Assembly (NCBI RefSeq): GCF_964355755.1
Contig: NC_092671.1
Location: forward strand, 13,578,001 to 13,642,000
Source of the DNA: Antedon mediterranea
Taxonomy: Eukaryota; Animalia; Echinodermata
Length of the DNA: 64,000 nt
Direction: 5' to 3'
The notes below the pieces were generated by a model, which did not search any database, was not told the origin of the DNA, and saw nothing but the letters and a program-made list of their open reading frames with translations. A program made the position numbers and the translations under genes. Below are positions 32,901 to 43,867 of the stretch, in pieces (the first letter of the stretch is position 1; every line of letters begins with the position of its first letter).

Positions 32901-35900
32901 TATTTAGTTTTATTTGTATTAATTGAGAGTTTGTTAGCTCTAAACCAAGTGGTTAGTCGTTGTAATTCGCAGTTTTGTATATTACATGCAACTATGGGGT
33001 CATTATGTTTGAGGAATATGTTTGTATCGTCCACGAATATGATAAGTTCGACAACTTTGCTTACACAAAATATGGCATTTATAAATAACAAAAATAGCTA
33101 TGGGCCAATGATAGATCCCTGTGGAACACCAACTTTTACTTCTCTTTTTATTGATTTGTGTGATTCAATAGTAACATACTGAGTTCTGTGGTTTAGGTAA
33201 CTTCTGAACCAGTCTAACACAATACCACGTATGCCATAGCATTCCATTTTATTGATTAGAATTCTATGGATAGACAATGACAATGGGGTAGGTATATTTC
33301 TATTATAAAATATCAGTTCCATGCATCATTTATCTACACTGACAAAAAAGGTAAGGAAAAATACAATGCAATGATAATAGGTCAGAGAATGAAGGCAGAT
33401 TCCCGGAAAGATGAAGACAAATATCTTGAGGTGGGCATGAAATGTTATGCTGTATAATTCTCTATATAGGCTTTCTATCTGTCTCATTGACAACATTGGA
33501 GGATCCAAGATTTTTCAAAGGGAGAGTGTTTTAACATATAATATTCTGTCAAACAGAGATATCAAAAAGCTGTCAAAAGGCTGGAGCACATTCTCAAAAT
33601 GCAACCCCTGGACCCATCCAACAAGGTTCTCTCAATTTATTTTGGTTGGTTGAAGTAGAACATAGAGGAAAAATGGTAAAAATTTGAGATGGGCCACACA
33701 TACTGGCACTAATATTGGCAGCCATAATTAATATATTTACCTGATAAAATCTGTCAAAGTGATATCAGTTGAGAAAAACAACTTCTGTTGTTTTTTATTA
33801 GTATCTCGGAAACACAGATGACCTCCTAAGTTCATGTTTAATGATGGTGATTTATACTTGAAATATATAGCTATATTTTCTACTGAACTAGGGGATAAAC
33901 TCTCCATATTCCATTTATTTATTTCTTGGTCATTTATAGAACACTGAAAATATAAAGAAAGTATATCAACATGACAGCTCAATGTATGTTTACCATACAA
34001 TTTGTTATATATTTTCTTAATTTACAGTGGAATAAGTAACAAAATAAATGAAATTTACCTTTAGATTACTGGGACAGTTAAGTATAATTTCAATATCTGT
34101 CACATTAAAATTTCTGCTTTTGTTGACTAAGAAGAAAATGACTACAAAACAGTCTGGCTTCCAAATTCTGCACATTCTTAAAGACATGACATCATTCATA
34201 CACAACTCATGATGCGTTGATGATGAAGGGTAACATTTTAGAGATTCTGGGATCGCTGGTATGACATCATCATCCTTGTCTAACAAATGTGTGTGGTTGT
34301 TTGTTGCTAGATTAGCATTTGGAATTATTGCACTCTTTTCAGATTCAGCTAAATACATCAAATTTGGTAAAGATTTGTCAAAGCTACCTATTGCATCAGA
34401 ATCTGGCATATTGGCTATACTATTTTGCTTTGGTATATTAATCTCTTCGACAATGTTCATATTTTCTTCAATATCCAGCTGTTTGTCTGTATAATGTGAT
34501 GCATTAAACAGATCATGTGGAATATTAGAGGTAGCATGTAACATATCATCATGTGACACAATATTTAAATCATGTACCACACGATTGTTTTCATGTGATA
34601 TCATAGTTTCATCATGTGAGTGTTGACTGTTATCATGTGATACATCCTGTTCATATGACTCAGGATCAAGTTTTCTGTCATTGTCAAGATCAAGAAGATT
34701 TAAATCGGTAATCATGGTAACATCTTTGTCTACCAAACGATCAGTATTTCGATCTACTTCATCCAATGATCGAATTGAAATGCCATTCTGAAAAATGTAT
34801 AACTTATTTAATAAATATAGCTAAAGTAAAACCATTATTACAGTACTGTGGTAATAAAAGAGTAGTATACTGTAAATAATACTTTTCTTTATTATGAACA
34901 GCAATATGCTTACAAACTCAAGTAGAGTACACTGTCTATACATTTCATGATAGAAGCTTACTACTTCGACATACTTACGTCAACCTGTTGGTTTGACATT
35001 CCACCAAATAGTTTATCTGCTAATAATTGTTTTTCTTGATTGGTGACTGATTCCTCACTTTGTATTGCTGATGCAGAAGCTGAACTCAACTAAATAAAAC
35101 AAATATATAACAAAATGTATCGTAATTATATATAGAATAACTGCCTAGAACTCACTTTAGTTATCCATCTTCAGGACCCAACAAGTGTTTCTATATAGGG
35201 TAGGAGTTTGCTGTGGTATTAAGACATATATTGCCTCTTGTAAGTGTCCACTGAATAAGTGTTGGGCTTAATGCCCCCCCCCCCCCCAAATTACAACATA
35301 ATATACAATTAGTTAAAATTCATAAAAACAAATACATTTCATGGATCTACAAGTAATACTAACCATGGCAGGGGCTTTAACTTTGCTCTTGGACATTGGT
35401 TGAAATACAGTTGAATCTTGATTAGAAATATCTGTGTTTGATTCAACCTCAATACTAATCTTTGTAACAGACGTCTTCACATAGCCTTTCTTGTTCCAGA
35501 CTTGTCTAACATCTCCTAGCTGCAAACTGTCAGTGCTGCGGATAATAACATAAAAACTTAATTATAACACTAATAAGAAGTTTATCTCATCTCATAGCAG
35601 AAATTATTGATATGATAAATTCAATACAAAGAAGTGTGGCATTTTTCAATACAAAACATATTATTATTATTATATTATGGTACTGTATGTTCTTGGAAAC
35701 AAGCAATCTTAAACTACGAGTTTGGCAATAAAGGATTGGTTAATGTAGACTAGGGTCGTGTTCGTACGGTGGTTAAAATAAGCGCTTAATTTCACCCATG
35801 CCTCGGGTTATAAATTGAGCGTTGTTCGTACTTGAAATATTTAACTGCTTAAATGCTTAATCGACGAATCACAAACCGGAAATTACGTTTTAAGGTCAGT

Positions 35901-38900
35901 TGTCTTTACAACCCACGACCCCATTTTCGCACGCTAGTTTCGTGTTGTATATTTTTTACTCGCGATCTTTCTTTACAATAACAATTACTTGCTACCTTTT
36001 ACACTGCTTATCCTTGCGACAAACCTTATGCCTCTTAACGCCGATAATCCTGCCGAAATATGCCTTCTCCTGACGACCATTATTTTACTCATTGACGAAG
36101 AATTTGAGCCCAATGTTACACGACGGAAACACCACCGACCAGCGGCTCCCCGACCAGCTAGGCCTACTAAGCGGTCTACACCAACAAGGACAGCACCAGC
36201 TGACGATCGCTCTCGAAGCATGTATGGAAGAGCTTCGTAGGAGAAATGACGGGCCTAGGCAGCGAACGTTTGTCAAAATTTGACACATTGCCTCTATCGG
36301 AGATTTATTATCCTCGAAGGCCGAGTATAATTGGATTATCGCTGAAATAACCTGCAAATTTGGTGAACATTTTACCTCGAATTTTTTGTAGCCTGAGGCA
36401 AAAGTTAATTGGATCACGCGAACGGAAATCGGGAATAAGCTGGTATTTTCAACCCATACGAACAGGCCCTAGTTGACAAACTTCAGCAAACTGCATAAAA
36501 CTAGTTTGTACAAGTTAGGCTGTGTCGCTTCTTGAAAAACTAGTTTCCCAAGGTTTTTAAATTCAAATAGCAGTCTTTTTAGTCTTGTGATTCTGTAGCA
36601 TGAAAACCTTCAGCAGAAACATCTTCAACTTGGAGGTAAATTTGCAAATGTAGACTATGATTACCTTTCATCAGGTTTTGATGAGTTATCTGATCCCTGT
36701 GTTGATGTGTTGTCCAATATATTGAAACTTTTTGGTGGTGTACTGGTGCTGGCAAGAGATGTAGTAGGACTTTGGTATGGTTCGAACTTAAGACCACCAA
36801 GAAGTGTTGCACCTGTAATTAAAAACAATATATAACTTCCTTGTATAGAATAGGTGTGGACAGTTATATGGCATTTTTATCTTAGTTATTTTAAACTTAC
36901 TAACAACTCTTCTATTGCGTTCGGTGTGTCTTTGTTGTCTTGGTATGTATGGGGTAGCCCCTTCATCCAATGCGTCACTTACATATTCATCTAAGAAAGA
37001 CAACGTGCTATCTACCTGAAAAGTGTAATTAACATTAGATGGCATAAACATTGGGTAAAAAAATTGATTAAATATTATGTTATTACTGTATAATTATGAG
37101 GAGATAGGTATCATGATGAGTACTATTGTACCTCATCTGCCACGCCCTATGATCCTCTAGGTCATGGGACAACTAGAACTAGAATTATGTAAGTTACCTC
37201 ATTTGTTAACTGTTGAGTTGCCAACCCTACATTTTCAACTAATTCAACATCTTGGCAAAGTTCGTTCAATTCAAATATTCTCTGAAAAGTTAGATTGAAC
37301 AATTTAAATATAAACATATGAAAACACATGTATTACTACACAGAAAAATACTCTAATAATATCATTATTTTTTAACATACCTGTCTTGTTTCTACATTGC
37401 TTGTATTCATTTTATTCTCCAAAACTTCAGGAATTTGTGTAACTTTTGATTTGCATAGAACCTTGCCCAACGAAGTTACCAGCCAAGAGGAATGTATGCT
37501 ACAATCCGAGCAAGCTGTTAAAAGTTTGCAGAGAAGATCAAGAACTTCTTGGACAGGGGCACCAATCTCAGGCTGCCAAAATTCACCAACAACCTGGGGA
37601 AATAGATTTCTATACTGTTAGCTGAGAGACCTATTGTATTTTTCTAAAATCTATTAGTGTTATATTTGTAGTCTATGTGACTGATTTGGATTTGTCATTA
37701 TCAGACTTACCCACACAGCAATTTGAAACAAAGCTTGTGATTGGATAGTAGTAGCACACAGTAATTGATAGTACACTTGGAGGGCTTGCATGTGGACAGC
37801 ATCAGCATCTTTCCATCGACCTATATCTAAATAATAAAAACATCACTTCTGTAATAGATTGTGTTTACTCATAACTCGTATAGTTTGCACTATACAAATT
37901 ATAGTATTATTGTCTAAAGGTTTGCATGGCATTGAGTTTGTAGTACACCATGTATATTTAATTCTGAAAAAAAACTGTTGAGTTTTTCTACGTTTCGATT
38001 AATATACTTTGATCGTTGAACATTCTCACTCTCTCGAGGCTAAATTCTATGTTACCGGGTTGTTAAATGTTTAACCTTGTTAATGTTATTTTGCCACCAG
38101 CACTATCAGGAGAGTCTTTTATAGCGATATTTTTGCTTTTTGACAATCCGCCAGGATAGTGTTCTGCGTTTTTTCTCAGCTTGTTGTTGTTCTATGTAAT
38201 TTATGCTTTTTGTATTTTTTGTTTTATTTTTCTGGATAATAAATGAATATGAATATAAGGATGATCAAAGTATATTGATCAAAACGTTGAGAAACTCAAC
38301 AGTTCTTTTCAGAACTAAATATATGTAGTGTACTGCAAACTTTATATCAATATAGTATCATTGTCGTTGCAATCCATCACTGTTTTTATCCATATAATAT
38401 AAACAAATTTGAAACTTCCTTTTTTAAAGACATAAAATGCATTATGTTTATATATTTCATTACCTTTAATTTGAGTGATAATTTGATTCCTCTGTTGAAC
38501 GTTCACCTGGTCACCAGCTATAAGTAACACTTTATTGACTGTGTCTACATACCACATACACTTCTGACCATAAGTGAACATCCATAAGGTACAACAACAA
38601 ATAAATTATGATGCAAAAATACCTATTGAAATTTATGCTTAGAAATTGATTTCGGTTTCTAGTTTTTGAGAACATTTATAGCTTCATCTCATCAGGCTTT
38701 TATCGTTTCCACCAGAAAATTTCATATGTTTAACCATAATATTGAGAGTACAGAAACACTACACCAACCAATTACACATTCTGACCTCAGGGTTAATCCA
38801 TGACACAGAATAGTCTCCCTACCACAGTTGTAAATTCATCAAAAACTATGGCACGGCCAACAAAATTTAATGTAGGCCTAGATACAGAACCACATAATAT

Positions 38901-41900
38901 GTGCATACAATTCAAGAACTGATACTAAGCTGATGTAGGAGTCTTGAATAAGCCTATTATCAGAAATATTCTAAAATGACACTTATATTTTATTCACATT
39001 GATAAAACTAGAGAGAGACTTTCTTGCAAATATTGTACATGTTTGACGATTACCATGGTAAAAAATAAATTATTTCTCCATGCTTAAACATACACCAATC
39101 ATAAAGGATATTTGTTTGCCATTTCAAAGATTCTTTGTAAAATGGTTTTCTTAATGTAGACATCCTTATTGTTTTCCAAATATTCCAGATACTGGTTACA
39201 GATGACATCAACATTACTTGAGTTACACATCTTATACAGAAGCTCTAACGTCTAAGACACACAATAACTTTTAACCAAATACTATCAATTCATAAATATA
39301 TAAATATATTTGTGTATAAATGTTTTAATAGTAAGTTGTACCAAGGCAATCTAACAGGATGGTGAACCCTGGCGATCAATCAGTTCCATGCCCAACAGTA
39401 GAATTCTGTTCGGTATTTGTCGCAGACAGAACTAAAATCAAAGGACTTTTCCTATCTTGGCAAGGTGAGCTTAGTGTCCTGTTGTAGATTGCCTTGGTTG
39501 TACATCATATTATATAATAACTAACCTTAATTTGTATTGTATTATCTGAATCATTCAGACAGTCAATAACCACCATCTGATGTTTACCTGCATGTGTGGC
39601 GTCTACTTGCACAATACAGCTTAATGCAGTGATACCTACAAACAATTTTAGTTATATAATTATCATTAGAAATGAATACACAATAGGTGTAGGTGGCGTA
39701 AAACAGGAAAACTGGCAATCCTGGAGACTCTTAATGGGAAAGCCTGGAAAATCCCAATGGGAAAGCCTGGAAAATCCCAATGGGAAAGCCTGGAAAATAG
39801 GAATACCTGTAAGAGCATGGCAAATCTGAAACCTGGAGGAATTCAATGAACTTACCCAAATATTTAAGATTGTGATTGGATGATTTCAGGAATTTATCAA
39901 TACACTTGGAGCATGCTGCCAGCATTTCCTGCGTGCACTCTATCTTCGTTATCGTCATAATACATTCATACTGTAATGCTGTGAAAAATCAATTTATGAA
40001 TTTATCATCTCGGATATTTTTGTGTACTATTTTGAATTTCAGTCAAATGCAAATAGTTTATTGTTTACCATAGGAAATAGAACTGGGTTGCTTGGTTTGT
40101 TGTAGAACATCACACAGAACATCATGCATCAAAGAACTAGTCCTGTTATCAACAAATAATATATCAATCCAATTACTCATTGATTTTACTTTTCTTCTCA
40201 ACTTAAGACAGTATGTTGAAGAATAATTCTTTTGTGTGTGTAGTTGGGCTTGTTGATTAAGATATTTGGTCAGTATAATTTGCCATTTCTAATCACATTA
40301 CCTTGTTGAAATTAAATTAACTTACTTTTTATCTCCTTGTCCTAATGTTGACATCATTTTGAGAATGTTAATTTGCGTCCATGGTGCAGGGATGCCATTA
40401 AAGTTAAAATCCTGATGTAGCTTATGATGTACAATTTGATGCAGTATCTTTACAAGGCTTGGTACAATATCTTTGTACTTGTCACAATCTTCCTATAAAT
40501 ACAATTAATAGAAGAGGCCTCTGTTGACATACATTCTGTTTTGAATTTGACTGCCAGCTACTAATGTAACACTCTGACCATCAGGTCAACAACCCTTTTT
40601 CACTATTTCTCCCTGCTCCATCTATTAACATTCCTAGTGGTTTCTTCCTATCCCTAGGTACTCTTTGTTCACTCTCCTATAACCCACATCCTTAATCAAT
40701 TACTGTTTCCTCATCATCAAGGAAAATACCACCGTTACACTAATACAACTCCTTTGGAACACCAATATTCAAGGGACACTTCTATTTAGTAAAACCCCTC
40801 TTTTGGAAGACCCCTATCAATTTGAACCTTTCCTGTGAAACAATCAAGGGGAAATACTTCTTTTAACACTACAGCTAACCCCCATTTAGTGGACACCCCT
40901 ATTAAGGGGACACCCCTATTAAGGGGACACTTAATAGGGGTTATACTGTATTTCAAAGACATTAGGAAGTTCACCCTCTAGTTCTTTATCCCCTGAGCGT
41001 ATTGTTCAACATACCTGTAAAGCTAAAACTCCACACTCTACTGATGAGACTTTGTGACCACAAAGGACAGGGTGGTATTTAAGAGATACAAGATACAACT
41101 ACATATAAATAATAAATAAATAAAATACCTTTATAAAGAACTTAAAGACATGTAAAGCAGCCGACATTACAGCAGGTTTTGAATCGCACAAAGCTTTTTT
41201 AAATAAGTCATAACTCTGAACCATTAACATTGGTGACTTTCGGTAGAATGAAAACAGCGCCATCACAGCTTTCTTCCGTACAACATCTCTAAGTGACATA
41301 ACATATAACGGTAATTATTATTATCATTATTATTATTAACGTGTAAATCTTTTTTATTGCATTATCTTTGCTGATGATAATTTATCCACACCTTTTTACA
41401 GTATATTATGCTTTTTGGATTACCGCTGGGTGGTTTATATTATATATTCATCTTTCTATTATCCATTTACCTTGGATGAGTGCTAAGGTTCTCAATAAGT
41501 GGTAGAAGGACTGGAATCATGTCAGCAGTGCCCAGGTACGAGACTGCTGTCAGTGCCATACACACTTCTAGAAAGTTAGTGCTCTTTAGGTCACGTTGAA
41601 AGGTATTCACCATTAGTACCAACAGTTCATGATTCTCATGTAACAGTACACATATTGCTAAGTAACCTGACAGTGATCAAGTTTAAAAAAAAAAGATTAT
41701 TCATTAATGACATAGGTGAATTGCAAATTGTAATGCAAAAGATAGGACACTAATTTCAGTTCGGCGCCTAAAATGCCACTGTATGACAATATAAAGTAAA
41801 AACTACTGTACCTGGCAATGGAAACTAAAAATTAAAGATAAATTTAGTACTATTTCCATCCAGAAATTTGTTGTAGTGTTGAACCTTCCTTTAAGAAATG

Positions 41901-43043
41901 ACTAATCTCATTTGTTTGATTATACAGCACAACTTTTAAATAATATAATAATAATACCACATTTATATAGCGCCCTTTTCATGAGTAATCATACTCAAAG
42001 GCACTTTACAAGGATTATTACCCCAGTATTTTTTGGGATCAAACACGTATGGAAACATACTCCCATAATGCAGCCGGTAACCAGCGCAAAGTTGTGTCTA
42101 GATCTAACTGGGTACCCATTTATACACCTGGGTGGAGCGAGGCAACGTAAGTAAAGTATCTTGCCTACGGATACAAGCAATGCGGCGAGAGTTGGATTCG
42201 AACCTAGGTCTAACGATCGGTAGTCCAACGTCCAACACACTGCGCCACACGCAGAGTGTAACATTGGTTTGTAAAGTTACCCTATAAATATGGTAGGTGC
42301 GTGAAAATTAAACTAAGTAGACGGTCTTGAATTAATTATTAAGTTAAATTATCTAGGCCACACCTCCAGCCAGCACACAACATCCATAATATTGTGCTTA
42401 ATAATAAGTAATACTGTAATTGAGATTTACCAATTCGTTTTTCTTGTAGATTTGCTTGTTGCGACAATTTAACAGCATGAATATGGCACGCTGTTGTGTT
42501 ATGCCCAAGCATCTCACAGTATAGTATACGAACAATGTACTCCTTGATCTTGTGCTAAAAAATAAATGAAATTATATAATCCTAACAAAGAAAAAAATTA
42601 AATAAATCACATTGAACTTTTTGAAACTCTCTAAGTTGAAGGTCTGCTTTTAAACACTAAAATGAATTAACAATTATTCATTTACCACTCCATTGTCTGG
42701 TTGAGACAGTTTCTTTTTCAAAAGATCAATTTGCTTTTCAATAATTCTGTCAACTTCCTGCAAAAAGAAAAACATCATCACAAATATACAGACTTAATAA
42801 TTTCAATTCAACTTTATTTAAACATTGAGGCCCTGATAAATGCATGTTTGTTCTTTTCTTGGGCTATATTACAGGAAAATAAATTAGGCTTTTCTAGAAG
42901 CAGACACTAACCACTTTTCCCGATCGCTTGACTGTTTGCAATAATTGATCAAAACCTGGTGAAATATCCAAATTTCGTGGACCAAAATTTCCAGTGAAAA
43001 AGTTTGACACAGAATTTAAAGTTTTCTCCATTATATCCGACAT
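29912..43043 (-). CDS. AP4E1: AP-4 complex subunit epsilon, about 1202 aa, 22 exons
   Basis: Exons 42912-43043, 42686-42757, 42431-42554, 41471-41666, 41129-41288, 40326-40492, 40069-40142, 39856-39978, 39526-39635, 39112-39251, 38464-38573, 37711-37826, 37381-37593, 37198-37281, 36901-37015, 36665-36812, 35364-35535, 34979-35089, 34059-34787, 33741-33943, 31298-31452 and 29912-30066 are all phase-compatible. Motifs include MSDIMEKTL, RILYCEMLG, EKRIGYL, VRKKAVMAL, GIPAPWTQI, VDSTLSFLDEYV, LKFEPY, EKQLLADKLFGG and RPLQLTTDEFGKKW. Confidence 0.96.
30189..30329. mobile_element. Harbinger MITE family A copy
   Basis: AGCTCTGTCTACACTATCAAAC...TGATAGTGTAGACAGAGTT. Confidence 0.8.
30341..31190. mobile_element. 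Non-autonomous hAT-like DNA transposon with an apparent 6-bp TSD
   Basis: Imperfect TIRs CAGACATTCCAAC / GTTGGAATCTATG, multiple subterminal GCGGGAC motifs at both ends, flanked by CTAATA on each side. Confidence 0.7.
31885..33270 (-). mobile_element. 5'-truncated CR1/L2-group (Crack-like) LINE in an AP4E1 intron, with a frameshifted RT
   Basis: HRILINKMECYGIRG..LDWFRSYL..RTQYV..GVPQGSIIGP, then a frameshift near 33095, then LFIN..FVDDTN..WFRANKLSIN..KFLGV..LQKKALRII, with a stop at 32198. The AT-rich 3' UTR ends in a GGACATCAC/GTGATGCCC stem and (CAAT)n. Confidence 0.92.
35754..36469. mobile_element. Internally deleted PIF/Harbinger-like DNA transposon
   Basis: TIRs GGTCGTGTTCGTA / TACGAACAGGCCC with further subterminal similarity, a 3-bp TAG duplication, and a GC-richer interior than the host intron. 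Confidence 0.7.
37935..38350. mobile_element. Inverted-repeat (Penelope-like) element interrupted by a LINE-like 3' tail
   Basis: Arms 37935-38014 and 38263-38341 are imperfect reverse complements. The insert ends AATAAA-TGAATA-TGAATA. The same outer sequence forms an inverted repeat at 18163-18249. Confidence 0.55.
38574..39111 (-). other. U12-type AT-AC intron in AP4E1
   Basis: 5' splice site ATATCCTTT at 39111, branch-like TACCTTAT about 11 nt from the 3' end, and 3' terminus TCAC at 38574. It gives the in-frame join EMAN-N-YGQKCMWYVDT, colinear with vertebrate ELAEKYAPDNAWFIQT. Confidence 0.92.
39342..39496. mobile_element. MITE with a 7-bp TSD (P-element-like)
   Basis: TIRs CAAGGCAATCTA.CAGGA / TCCTGTTGTAGATTGCCTTG flanked by the direct repeat GTTGTAC. 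Confidence 0.7.
39733..39798. repeat. 23-bp tandem repeat, about 3 copies (AATGGGAAAGCCTGGAAAATCCC)
   Basis: Read directly from the sequence. Confidence 0.9.
41941..42256 (-). mobile_element. tRNA-derived SINE with a CORE-like centre and an L2-type tail
   Basis: On the minus strand: A box TGGCGCAGTGTG, B box GGTTCGAATCC, centre GGCAAGATACTTTAC...CCACCCAGGTGTATAAATGGGTACC, tail GTGCCTTTGAG...GGCGCTATATAAATG followed by (TAT)n. Confidence 0.85.
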
Positions 43044-43867
43044 GCCGATTACTACTCGCTAGGCCTACTCACAATCACCGCAATCATTGCATGGCTAAAA
43101 AATAATGTAAGCCGAGGCCTAGGCTCAGTTCTTAGTATATATTAACTGCTCTTTTCCCTGCGTGCACTGCCACGCTGTTAATGTGCACTCTGGCAGCCTA
43201 TCGTGCGTGTAGGCCCTCTCTATTCTAACTAGGCTAGGCTAGCTAGCCTAGCTGCCTAGGCTTAGATTACAGTAGTGAGACGGACGTTCGTATAATAAAT
43301 TGTCACTTTCAAAGTTCATTGTTAAGTACAATCCATTGGAGAAGCAGTAATACATAATTAGCAATATTTAGCTATTTTTACATTCTACTACTACTCTTCT
43401 ATCTAGGCTTTAGGCAACTAGGCCTACATCAGGTTGTTATTTCCGCAGATTCCCCGCGGACCAAAACAAACAAAACAACCTCTCCGTTCCAATGGAGAGA
43501 GAGGGCGGTGTGCATGTTTGTGTGAGAAACGAAGTATCTCCATCTGAATAATAAGTTTATTTTTGTCAATATTTGAGCTACTTCAGCATATCAAAGCAGA
43601 TAATAACCAAGGTTTTTATATTCTTCATCAATTTCTTGTATTAATTATAGGTATATGTTATGTTCTAGTACTGAATGAATGTCGATTTACTAGTTCATTC
43701 TATGCTAAGCTAGGATAATTGAATGCATAAAAAGAGAAAAGGCCATCTACAAGCCTTCAGCCACACATTGAGAGTCATTTCGCACCCAATATGCAATAGC
43801 AATAACAAACTGGGCTTATTGAAATGGTGTATAGATTAGTAGTAACTTAAAGACATTTTTTATTTAG
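43044..43867. promoter_or_regulatory. Probable bidirectional promoter / 5' UTR region shared by AP4E1 and GTF2E2
   Basis: The start codons diverge about 0.8 kb apart and the region is locally GC/CpG-richer. The GTF2E2 ATG directly follows a TTTAG acceptor, implying a non-coding first exon inside this interval. Confidence 0.65.

Noticed and set aside
32742-33182. Plus-strand 146-aa ORF
   Set aside because: Antisense shadow of the LINE RT.
32198-33322. Active or domesticated reverse transcriptase
   Set aside because: 5'-truncated, with no endonuclease domain, a frameshift after GSIIGP and a deletion before the FVDD motif; an ordinary dead LINE copy.
41041-41075. Hammerhead ribozyme core CTGATGA followed by a hairpin
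   Set aside because: The required GAAA after stem II is absent and no flanking stems were found.
42185-42256. tRNA gene on the minus strand
   Set aside because: A and B boxes are present but no convincing cloverleaf forms, and the sequence continues into a SINE body and tail.
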